Source: Pocillopora damicornis | Taxonomy: Eukaryota | DNA: 64,000 nucleotides | Assembly: GCF_003704095.1 (NCBI RefSeq) | Contig: NW_020845410.1 | Location: 1,240,001-1,304,000, forward strand | Direction of reading: 5' to 3' | Part shown: piece by piece, positions 45,801 through 57,157 of the stretch | Numbering within the stretch: the first letter of the stretch is position 1 | How the letters are laid out: each line of letters begins with the position of its first letter | Position numbers and translations under genes: made by a program | The notes under the pieces: model-generated | The model's input: the letters and a program-made list of their open reading frames with translations, nothing else | Databases searched by the model: none | What the model was told of the DNA's origin: nothing

Positions 45801-48800
45801 GTTCGCTTGCTCCTCTCGCTGCTGGCCACTGAACAGAAAGATAACAGCACCAAGCTGCGGATTCTGTTGGCAGAGTCGTGTGTTGCCGTATACTTGAGTC
45901 TGCTTGCTCTTGCATGGTCCAATTCTCAACCCAATCAACTCTATCGATTGGTTGTAAATTCACTCAAGTCGGGCATGTGGGGTTTGGTGTTCGGTGGAGG
46001 CCTGAGGACCGCTGTTCAACAATCTGCTGGTGGGTTTCAAACTTATATGTGGCGAAAACAGAAGAACTGGATGCAATCGTGTTACATTTAGATGCGCGAT
46101 CACGAATTAATGGGCTGTTTGCGGTAACGTGACATGTGCAGCAGTCTGATTTCAAATGCCAGTCGATGAGCGCGTGCTTTTTAGTGCAAATACTTTATTC
46201 TCTCCTCTTGAAGGTGTAAATGAGCCAGGGGCTCACACAGATTTTCACGGGCAGAGTTAGTTTCGATGAACAAGCGGGCAATCAAGAGTGGAGTCCGGCT
46301 TGTTAAGCTAGTTTGACCAGAAGACAGATTATCACCTTAACGGACGAAATGTAAAGAAGGGAAAGTATGCGAGCACCCTAATGCATTCAAAGCTTACAAA
46401 AATGGTTAAGAAAGCACGGTTTATTTTCTCCTTATTTTTTTGCTCGTGTTAACCCAGTCACGGTTTCGATCGTTCATCACATTCGGTTTACGTAAAGGAG
46501 GAAATCCACATTAGGTAATTTTATCTTGTAAGGCGTTGGGACTGATGTCAAAAAGAAGCAAAGAACTCCAGCGGCTGTCAATCCTAATGGACGAGGAAGA
46601 GGTGACAAGTATTGGCAAGGTGCTCGGCAAAGATGGAACTTCAAGCTGTTAGGCCAGAGTCTGACAGAAACCATGTCTCAGTGGCTGTCAACTGATGTGA
46701 AACCTGTTTACGTTGAGCAGTTCATTCCACCAAGAAGTACTCTTATGGAGTACTTTATCAGCAAGGTACGGTGCGCGCCATGATTTTTTGCTACATCGTT
46801 AAGTTTGAATTGGTCTGTCCAGTGAACCCACAATAAGTAATTTGCAAATAATTGTTTAACCTATTTCCATGTATTGTATTTCGTTATTAATAATTTTGTG
46901 TACCAAGAGGAGTACTAGCAGTGCTTCATGATTGTGTGAGTGCTCTACATTTGTACTGAAAGTAATTGTTTGGTTCATCAATCATCGATTATTGAGTATT
47001 GACTATTTATCTTTTGTAACTGTAAGTGCTTTTGCGTATTGTCTTTGAAGTTTCGTGATCATTGTCAGTATCTGTGCACTGCGCATCTACCCTTCGCCAA
47101 ACCCAACAGAAACCTCAGCTTGTTATCAGTTGACTGTTGTTGGGTTAATTAGGGGAGGGGTAGGTGCGCAGTTGCTTAGATGACATTGTTTTGAAGTTTT
47201 CTATTAACAAAGTCGTTAGTTGTTTGAAAGTTCACGGATAAAATTCCTCAAGAGCTATTCGAATTCACCAATTAACTAGACATGCATTATTCAATTAGCC
47301 TTGTGGTATACTTTTGTTAATATTTCAGCCCCCACTAATTGGAGAGAAAGGCGTGAAACATTACGATTCTGAAGATGATGCAAGCGACTCGGAAGATGAT
47401 GACTTGTTTGAAAGTGACGCTGAAAGTGATCTTGAGTATTTCTCAACCAGACGAAGGAAGAAAACTGAAGCACGTGATCACCTAGATCCTGAATCTTATG
47501 GCTGGTGTCTCATGAATTACACCATTGGCAAACTGGTGCTCACTAATTTACAATCTTTTCTGCCAGATGTGGGATTTGAACTAACCGGTAAGATTAAGTC
47601 AATGTTCTGAAATTCGCTGTAGAATGTTAACACTTTAGTTTAATTAGTTTATTTTTGCTCTATGGTGGTCACCGACATATTTCAAGCTTTGTTTTCGGCT
47701 TCTTTCCTCAGATTTACCCTCTCTATCACCTCAGTTACATGCGGCTCTGAAGACGGTGGAGCGCTGGACCCAAACTTTCCTCGACAAACTCGAGACTTTC
47801 CAGGGACCTCCCCCTGACTTCATCTCACAGTTCCCTGTAAGCCAAGATGGATTTCCAAGAGGTGGACGAGCTTTAATGAGATACAAGGCTCTGATGGATC
47901 CACAAAATACTCCTTTTAGGTAAAACCAATATCAGTGATGTCGTGGCTTCCGTGCCACACCTCTCTAGCCTGTAGCTGTATAAACAAACATGGCTCTAAC
48001 TGTATTAATAAAGAATATTTAATCAGGGGCGGTCTCAAAGGAACGACCCAATGACCCCACAGACAAATAAACTGACGACTGAGTAAACCGACCGACTGAA
48101 AACTGACCAACTGACCGAACCATGGACCGCCCAAACGAACGAACAAACGAAACAATACCGATCAAACAAACGAAGACCGACAAACATCCTGCCACTTTTG
48201 TAACTGGATATATTTCTCTCCTGTAGATCCACTCGTAACTCTGCAGAGCCTGTTAAACGGTTATGGCGAACTTTGGTACATCAAGAAGCTATACAGGAGA
48301 TCTTCATACAGAATATCTTCAAGAATGACATGACGACGATGGAAGAGGTATACTCCTCGAACCTTTTTTCTCGAGTTATAAGAAGACGGTTCATCCCTTC
48401 TGTACGTCTGTTTAAAAATGTCGAGAAAATGTTTGGACTCATAATATCCAAACTGAGATTTTTCTGTTCTGGACAAAATTGTCTCGACCGAGTGGAAAGT
48501 TCGTAAGCTTTATTGCTAAATAGGACTTGAACAAAGTTGAAGTTCAGGCCAGTACTGCGGTTACTTTTCCTTTTTCTTTATAAATCATATTTTCGCTGTT
48601 GTCTTCTATGTACTAGTTTGATCACGTGGATGTTGTATCAGACGCAAAGCCTGTGAAAGTTTTGTATAAAGACCCAGAGGGTATCAACACATTTTGCATC
48701 AACAAGGTATCACTATACTTTATAGTCTTCGGGTCCTCTTTTACATCATGGAGGTTCAATTGCTATATGACCGCTCATAGGAAGGCAACCGAACTAATGT

Positions 48801-51800
48801 TGCACGTGCGATTAGCATGTTCACGTTCAGACATCAACTTATTTATAAGCTCGCTACCAAGTGGTGCGTATAATTATCGCGTGTGTGTGTGGTAGTGTTT
48901 TCTTTAAAGATGTTGGAGTGTATATTCATGCTAGAAAAGCATAAGATCACTTCGTCTGATACTTTATTTACGCTATGGACAAATTTATTTACTGTCTACT
49001 CTGTCTACAATATATATATAGCCATCTACTATGTTAATACAGCTACCTACGTTGTCTGTGGTAGATACAGTCTCGTCTATCAGCTTAGATACAGCCTCAG
49101 TAACCTAAGATGCTGGCCTTAAATATAATCTTTTAACTTTGTGTTGTAGGCAAATCCAAACTGCATCGCTGTAGGGAGTCTCAAGGATGTAGAAGAGGTT
49201 GATATTTCTCGCGTGTTAAGTCCTGAACCTCTGCTGTGGGCTGAAGATGAAGTTGAACGCGAACAGAGTGACGCTCAGCGAAGAAGGTATTTTCATTAAA
49301 CTACGCAGTCTTGTTAAGTTTTTGAAAGGTTATGTAGCAGTGTTCATTTAATGCTGATTGCAAGGAGGTGTTGTCAACGCCTGCGAGAGAAGTTAGAAAT
49401 CTCAGCTGACGTATTTACATAAAGATGTTGTAGCTCAATATCGCTTGTGACTGTGTCGGATGGGTGTGGTGGAAAAGCAGTCATTTCTTTACTGGATCTG
49501 AAGGCTTTCTTCAGTTCATTGTTGCCTAAAAAAGCTGCAAGTTATTAATTCGAGATGTTTTAATAATTTTCTTTGTGTTGTTTAAGTACATTAATCTCAA
49601 CCCGAGCACGCACATTCTTATGCGGTCGCTGTAGTGAAAGCTCAGACAATGATACTCCAATATGCCCCTTTGCTTTCTACTTACTGCAATTCTTACGATT
49701 TTTTCCTCAAACATATTGTACAGTTAAGCCCGTTTTCACATATTATTACAGTACCTCCTGACCGTTGGAATCTTTTTAATCGTTTACTTCATTTTTTTTT
49801 CCATTGTTTCATTTAGTGATGAGTCCGATTTTAATCAAACTGGAAACATCAGCCCTCAGAAGAGTACGCCAGGTGGACAGTCTCTTCACTCAGGCACAGT
49901 GGTTAGTGCTGTCTCTTTCATCGATCCTGCTGAGTGTTCTGTCAGAGATTTTGCTCCGCTGTTGATACAAGTTACGAATGGCGAGGAGAGAGGGCGACGT
50001 TCCTAAAAAACAATAGAGGAGTAACAATGTTGTTCCAACATGTAGTAGTTTGCTACTTTAAATCGGTGGGGAGGAGAAGTGATGTTCCAAGCGGCTGGAA
50101 CTCCTAACGTTAAAATGCCTCGAAGTTCAGGAAAAATGCAATCAGAGAGAAAGTTCTAATTTTGTGTCAAGAATCGCTGAAAACTATATACGTGTTTCTC
50201 ATTTTTGCAGCTATTCAGGAGAACTGTGCATGGTGTCAAACGGATGGATTCTCACCCTCATCTCCCTTACTGTGAGTTTAAACAGAAGCTGCCATCATTT
50301 TCTATTACTGTCTTAGAATTTAAACCTGACATGTGTTTGATCTTTTTTCGTCGCATAGACATCTCCGGCTCTCAAGACGGAAGCATTCGTATGTGGGAGT
50401 TTGGTCATGCGCAGGAGATCACATCCCATCGTACATCTGGTTCGTATCAAAGAGTGACGAGAGCACGGTTCAGTCCGCATGGAAACAAGGTATATTCAGG
50501 ATCTGTTTCGTAATTCTCCCTTCGAGCTGCAACACATTTCCTGGTAGATAAGTTGAGAGAATTTCCTGTTATATTAAATGAACACCTTGCCGGCAAAATT
50601 ATCTCATCTCATCACCAATTCACTTTGAGGAATTTTGGAAGTTGAAGGTTTTGATGGTCTGGCTTTTGGCCGCTTTTTGTTATAGTTTGCTTATTTCATG
50701 GGCTAGGCTGGATAAATACCAATATTTTACCTCGCGGAATGTTGAATATTTTGATCATTACTGCAGGTAATGATTACCTGCAGTTTTTTCAGGCTTTATA
50801 ATTTTATGTGAGAGGTTCACCATTTGAATGATACACTCAGTGATAAACATCCATGAAAATTTTAAAAGAAAATTGACTTACCATCTTTGATGAGACATTG
50901 AAAACTTTCATGAAATCTTTCACGGTCGTCCCACTTACAGACTTGTTGTTACCACTCTGTTGTCTGCGTGTTTTGCAGGTCGGAATTTCAGATGCCAGTG
51001 GTCAGTTGCTTTTATGGCAAGTTAGTAGTACATCCACGTCTGCTGATCCTTTTCTGGTAAGACTTTTATGTTAACAGCTCTACCTGCTGCTCTACATGCG
51101 ACTCAAAAAACATGAACATTAACCGTCGATAGCTAATCTCAATTTTCTCTAATTACTCCAGACTCTAAAGTGTCACAATAAACAGACCAACGACTTTGCG
51201 TTCGTTGGCTCCTCGAGCTTTATAGCAACGGCAGGACACTCCTCGGATGGAAGGTAAGCTTCACAATTACGTTGGTTTTGGCAGTTTTGTTGTTACTATT
51301 GAAGCTTCGTATAAATACGTTTCAGTTCGCTGTACCCTGGCATCGATTAGGTTTTCTAGAATTTCCTTTCCAGCTTACAGATTGCTGTAGCTTATTTACG
51401 GAATTGTTTTTCTTCCTCTCAGCAATGTTTGCCTTTGGGATACTTTAGTCCCTCAGCACAGTTCACTTGTTCATGGTAAGACTCATTTAATATTAATTTT
51501 TTGAGAATAAGTATCTTTTTTCGCATTTGTGAGCAGTACAAGATCAATACACGATCAGTAATTTGGTAAAAAACAAATAAACAAAACAGAAACCCAAAAA
51601 AGAAAAAAAAGTATTGCCGCGAACGTCACAGCCAATCAGAACCTGCTGGTCACTCCAAGTGTGACTAGCCTGGTTACAAGTGTTTTCCTGCGCACGCGTG
51701 ACGAGACCAAACAGCGTTTTCGATGGAGACTGGGATGCTTACATGTAAATTAACACCACAGATGCAGTTTTTGATTAATCGGAGCGTTTGATAAAGTTTT

Positions 51801-53036
51801 CCTCTTTTAATCCTTGTTCGACAGCATTCATTTGTCATGAAAATGGAGCGCCCTGTCTTGCGCACGTTCCTGGTCAGCAACTACTCATTTCGGGAGGACG
51901 TAAAGGAAATATTTGTATCCTTAAGTAACTCGCGAAAAACGTTAAAGCTACTGTTTACTTCCTTTCATCGCCGGCTCAGCCTTCTCCTTAGAGATGGGTT
52001 GGGTGAGAGCGAGATCATCACTTCAGTGAACTTTTACAGAGAAGCTGTTAGATCAGGCAATCTGAGCCGTGATTCACTCAGACTTAAACTGAGCAAATGG
52101 TGGTGTTTCGTAGAAAAGGAATGTTATATTTAAAATTTAATGGTTCGGTAGTTTTTTCCTCTACCGCTATACTTTGTTCCTGCTTTTTGTCCATATCCTC
52201 TCTTTGTGTTTTCCTCATGAATGTCTTATGAAAGGTTTCGAAAACTAAAATGAGCGTCCTTAACAGTTGTAAGGTATATTTGATCTACGACAACGTCAAC
52301 TGCGACACACATTTTTAGCTCATGATGCGCCAGTGAAGAGCATAGTTGTGGATGAAAATGAAGAATTCTTCATTTCAGGCTCTGAAGATGGCGATATTAA
52401 GGTATCCGTAAACGGAATAACTTGGTTTGAGTACAAACGTGTTTTAATGAGACAAGCGCACGGGAAAAATGTTTACTTTTGAAATCAATTTGTTCTTGTT
52501 ACAGCCTGTAGCTTACTTTTTACCCGTCGCGGCGAAAGACATTTAGAATTATCATTGTGTAATCATCATTAGCTTATGATTAGACCTTAGATTGGTTGTT
52601 ACCAGTATCCCTTTTTGCTCGTTTTGATACAGTTCGCGTCCATCGGAGCAGCTATGCGCGCGCACAATTTTGAAGAACCAGACAATCATTGTAATTGGTT
52701 GGTTGTGGAAATTATCTTGATCTTAATTGGAACAGAAAGTTCAGGTCTCTGTAAATAACTCACGGGGATTGCTTGTTTTCGTTCTTAGTCACTTCTGTAC
52801 CGTTACTTTATAGCATTGCTTTCACATTTCAGGTCTGGGGTTTGTCAGTACATGAAGAGTTAGAGTGTTACCCAAAAGAACATGGCAAAGGGGCTTATCT
52901 TCTCAAGTACGGGACTCAGGGTGTGGCTCTTATGAACCTCCACAATGGACAGTTGTTCTCTTGTGGGGGAGATGGTACAGTGAAATGGAGGCAGCTCTCA
53001 GTTAGAGAAACTATTGTCAATAGCAAACTGCTTTGA
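29630..53036 (+). CDS. DMXL2: DmX-like protein / Rabconnectin-3 alpha (WD40 plus Rav1p_C), ~3094 aa, 38 exons: 29630-29722, 30163-30288, 30640-30708, 30810-30888, 31881-31995, 32402-32468, 32915-32954, 33161-33305, 33811-34331, 34742-37422, 37841-38093, 38597-38790, 39387-39552, 40045-40253, 40801-40971, 41563-41660, 42042-42207, 42512-42659, 42912-44081, 44551-44712, 45100-45295, 45506-45654, 45733-46029, 46533-46765, 47329-47587, 47712-47919, 48227-48347, 48617-48706, 49150-49286, 49817-49901, 50211-50271, 50359-50489, 50979-51056, 51162-51253, 51423-51475, 51825-51914, 52274-52401, 52833-53036
   Basis: N-terminus MKLHQVLTGA; YLAHP..VTGISWRKTSKY; LPQFHPKHLMELM..GKLRRVRAIL; DECGLRFLLAMR; WRKAALKNAYSLLGKQRF..AAAFFLLAG; C-terminal WD40s (SGGRKG..CIFDLRQRQ; LFSCGGDGTVK). 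Exon lengths sum to 9285 nt in frame. Likely a co-ortholog of DMXL1 and DMXL2. Confidence 0.95.
31140..31530 (+). mobile_element. 3' remnant of a CR1/L2-type LINE in a DMXL intron
   Basis: Translates AKKGTFYTGAQTFNNLPLHHKEVDSIVIFKTQL, typical of a LINE ORF2 C-terminus, followed by a UTR ending in (TTA)n. Confidence 0.6.
32100..32325 (+). mobile_element. tRNA-derived SINE-like repeat
   Basis: tRNA-like head GAGTCTCTGTGGCTCAGTGGTAGAGCA...GGTGCAATTCCTCATGGGGACTC with A-box and mutated B-box, then a T-run and a tail shared with 26450-26640. Confidence 0.75.
40995..41230. repeat. Tandem repeat (~111-bp unit, 2+ copies) containing diverged copies of the DMXL exon 15 3' end
   Basis: ggtgcgcagtccaacaaaaacctgaga(a/g)ggcttgtagagaag occurs twice; the true exon ends ctgagaaggctgatagagaag|gtaac. 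Confidence 0.85.
48050..48185. repeat. Degenerate tetranucleotide repeat (ACCG/AACG/ACTG/AAAC) in a DMXL intron
   Basis: Direct read. Confidence 0.6.
51915..52273 (+). other. U12-type (minor spliceosome) GT-AG intron, DMXL intron 36
   Basis: 5' splice site GTATCCTT; branch site TCCTTAAC at 52257-52264, ending 9 nt before exon 37; no polypyrimidine tract. Splicing restores SGGRKGNI-C-IFDLRQRQ. Confidence 0.92.
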
Positions 53037-54584
53037 GATGGATTCTTGATCTCACAATATTCGTTTTGTGAGAATTGGGGTGACAAAGAAACCTTCGAGG
53101 AATAAACTAATGGCAAGCAGTTTTAATCTTCAAGGAATAAATTAATGGCAAGCAGTTTTAACTGCTGCAGTTGCATTGACAGAAGCGGATTCTCAGCTAT
53201 CTTTTGGTTGTCGTTTGTTGCTGAAACTTTTTTTGTACTGCTTCAAATGACTGACAATGTATTCATGTCGGGAAGGCTGATATTGAAAAGCGATAATGGT
53301 CATCTTAAATGGTTTAAAATGCAATGAGCACTGTTGCAAATAAAGAATAATAGAGAATTCTAATCTCTAACTATACAATAAATATAGGTCGAAGATAATT
53401 TTTATCACAATAGTCACTGCCGAGTTGAGTAGGAGATTTGAGGAAAACTAGGATTTACCTTCATATTTCCTTATAATAGTTTTCATTTGTTATTTCTTCA
53501 CACAAATTGTGTTTGTTTGGTATGATAAATACATTGATATTCTAAAAGCAGGTGTAGAAACAATAATTTATATAATTAATCTGATGAACTTATTTATAAC
53601 ATTTTATAGCAAAAACATTGTGCAATGAGTTTAAAAATTTTTCCAATTAGGACAAAACATATTTGAGTTTCAAGCTGATTGTAAAGTTTAATGTAAATAG
53701 AAGTTCAAAGATCACTCATCTTTATATATTCAAATTGAGATTTGACATTTATGGATGTGCAAGCAATCATTTCTAGGTGAAAGTGTTTACTTCAAAGGAG
53801 TGCTTCCCCAATGTGCTCCAAAGCACAATACTGGTTTAAAAATAATTGCTTTTTCTGGACATTGAGCTTTTCATTCTGCATATTTGGGGCTCTGTAACAT
53901 TTTGCATGTCCCTCTGCTGAGACAGCATTTCCCTAAGCTTGTGTCATTGTGAGGAACAGGAATTTAACAAGAATTAACATAGTGCTGGAAAAAGAAATTA
54001 TGGAAAGTTGATTTCATTAGGTTTTCATATATTTTTTTTTAACCTACACAACAAGCCATCAAGTTCAAAGCAAAATAGTATAGAAAATATATTAGTGTTC
54101 ACAACAGATGTTTTTCACTGTCATCAGCTTTTTGTTCTTACTCTGGCCTATCATTTGAAATTGAAAATACAACTACCAACATGCATTTATTAATAAGTAA
54201 TTCTTGATTCCCCAGACATCTCAGGAAGATTGGCCAATTCTTAAGGGTAAAAAAGAATAAATCAGTAGTCATCAGAAAAATTATTTCAGCTACATGATAG
54301 AGTTGTGCTGCTAGGCATGGGTCACTTCAAACAAATTCTGTATTCACTAATATTAATGGCACAAATTAAATTATATATATTAAAATACAGCGGTATAGAG
54401 TATAATGACAACTGTTTCCTTAAGAAAGGTTGCCTCTCTAACGCTGCAACTAAATGCACTACACTCACAGATAACAGTGTAATAGTACAAAAAATTCCCC
54501 CTTGATAAAATTAAGAATTCTATAGTGTAGCCAGTTGTCAGCCTTGATCACAAGTACACTACATCAAATCATCCAATTGCATCT

Positions 54585-56871
54585 CTAAGAAGGTTTCAAT
54601 TTCATGTTAGGATTCCAAACAGGTATTGCACCTGCAATTGATGAAATTAATCCCAGTAACCCAGCCAAACCAACATTCAACTCAATTACACCCATAACAT
54701 TGAAAGGCAACAGGAAATCAGCTGAATTCTTGACTGTGTCAAGAAAAAGTTGGGGACGGGTCATCAGCCGGGATGTAACAGAACTTCCTTGCGAATTGCT
54801 TTCTTCTCCACTATCATGTTTCTTAATTGGAACAAAAATTAGGTTCAAGATCTCATACAGGTTTCTTAGAAGGCCAAACACAAGGGCAATGGCCCAGAAT
54901 TTTGCCTGAAACTTGGACCAATCCTTTGGGGTAGCTTTATAGAGTCCCAATCTTGCAGCCCAAGTTATGTGATCAATGATATAATACAGGGCTAATGTAG
55001 CTCGTCGGCAGATGATCAGGACCTTCAGAATGTTGTCATGATGGATGTCCTTAGCTCTAATTGCACCAATTATCATGTCCAAACTCTTTCCCAACCTAAA
55101 TACTGAAAAAGAAATTGTACAAGTGACATCAGTGTTTTTCTGATTTTCAAAGTCATGGTAAACAGGAAAAACTATATGACTTAAAAAAATTTTAAATTTT
55201 GGCTACTAATTGGCATTATTTGCTGTCTGTGAATCTTTTTGCGATAATGGTCAAAATGAAAATTTCCTTGTTTTAAAGGATATTATGAAAGAAATGGATG
55301 TTGAATGGATTGCTGCCCATGTTCTCTGCCACTTCAAATTTTCTCTTTTGCTACTAAATTTGAAAAGGAAAGCCCCCTGTAGACCTGTACAAAGTTCAAG
55401 CAGTCTCTGGTTGACTAAAGCCCTAATATTAATTAATCTCATCTTAAAAATCTCCTTACATTTCCTTGAGGTGCTTGTCTGTTTATCTAGTGTTTTTGCC
55501 CTATTCACCCAATCAACACTTGCGCCACCTTGTTGAAGAAGATAACTGGACAACCTTGAGGCATACTGGATGATCCTAATGACAAGAAATTCACAAGTAT
55601 TGATCAAAATGATTTTGGTTTCTCTAACACATTTGGCAAGAATTAACATTTTTTTAATTAAAAGCAACATCTGAACTTAAAACAAAAATAAAGAATGAGA
55701 ACTAACATATTTATTTCTAAAACAAAATGGTAATCCTGGTGACAACAACCAAAAAGTGAAATGATATAGAAATCAAATATTTTATTGACTATTTATTCAA
55801 AATAAGGGGTTCAATTGTGTTTTTCATGGATATATGGACTTTGACTTGTGGTGGGCTGTGGTGGTTACCAATCACTTTCACCTATGATGTATTTTCTTGG
55901 ATACGTGTTCATGACAACTTCACAATATTACCAAATATTAATACTGCATAATTAATCTAAATCCACGTGTGGCATTGCACAATAGTTAGAAATGCAGAAG
56001 AAAACATCAGAATGCTCGACAGATAATCAGAAAATAGAATAGGACGCTTGTTAAAGAGTTATCTGGCTGCACACAAAAAAACATAACTATAATAACTGCG
56101 ATGCGATGCCTAAGAAAACTTTACTTCTTGTACAATTTACACAAAGAATGGTCAGCCATATATCTTATATCTGTCAATGCCTGTACACGTTATGTGATCT
56201 TTTGAAATCGCCAAGAATTTTATGGGAGAAATCAAATTCTACTTATCGCTAGTATTCGCTTTGAAGGAGAGCAAATTCAGAGTCAAATGTTGCTGTCATG
56301 CTCTAATGACATAAAGATTGCATGACTTTGAATAACGCGACCCCCTCAATGCTCGTTCTCATCAACACATGATTGTTCAAAACAAACAGATTATTATCCC
56401 ATGACAGGCATACGTAAATGAAACACTAGAATTTATCTCGTGCATGGGTGGTATAAAAAACTATGCAAGAAAATTGCTCCACCGTGAAATAAGTGCCAAC
56501 ATTTGTACGTATGTTTGACGTCAGTACAATGACACTGCTTCAAATTATACCACGTGTTTATTAATGGCCATAGCGATGGCAAATAATCTCCCCTATGTAC
56601 TATGGCTTACCAAAAGACAGATTTACTGAATTCATTAAAAATTTAATATACCGATATAATTCGACATTTCTAAATACCAAAATTCGTTTCAATCTACGAC
56701 GAAGAAAATATTTTATCGATAAAAAACACCAAAATTGTATAATTTTTTGTTCCATTTGTAACTAGTACACGTAAAGTAGTTACAACTTCGCTTGATTCTC
56801 ACTTACCGACACAGTTTATCCCTTCCTAACGTTTGTTGATTGTACTTTACCACTGCAGCGACTACATCCAT
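54585..56871 (-). CDS. PEX11: Peroxisomal membrane protein PEX11 (alpha/beta type). Exons 56807-56871, 55460-55575, 54585-55102.
   Basis: MDVVAAVVKYNQQTLGRDKLCR|IIQYASR...STSRK|LFRLGKS...DHITWAARLGL...LDTVKNSADF..P...GLLGLISS...MKLKPS. Confidence 0.95.
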
Positions 56872-57157
56872 GTTTTCCCCGACAGTTGAAAAATTGCTCT
56901 GCCTCAAGCTGAAAAGTTCGATCAATGACTTACGTACTACTACGTGTCCTCAGTACTTGTCCTGTCTCGCGTACCTTTGACCTTCCACGAAAAATTGGGT
57001 CGCGGACAATTGATCTCGTGAGAGACTGGGCAATTTTTCGTTGTCAAGGAAAGCCAAGATGGCGGATAAACAAGATCTTGGAAAGGCTTTCATGTCTTAC
57101 AAACAACCACGTTGCTGAGAAAAGTAGTAAAACATTTGAATTATAAGACTTTTAAAA
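56872..57157. promoter_or_regulatory. Putative bidirectional promoter shared by PEX11 and WDR93 (286 bp between ATGs)
   Basis: Divergent ATGs at 56871(-) and 57158(+); YY1 motif CAAGATGGCGG at 57055-57065; TCTCGTGAGA near-palindrome at ~57014. Confidence 0.75.

Noticed and set aside
53019-53036. DMXL C-terminus NSKLL as a peroxisomal targeting signal next to PEX11
   Set aside because: PTS1 must be the last three residues; the terminal tripeptide here is KLL.
53105-53162. Duplicated TAATGGCAAGCAGTTTTAA in the DMXL 3'UTR
   Set aside because: A simple local duplication with 35-bp period and no evidence of function.
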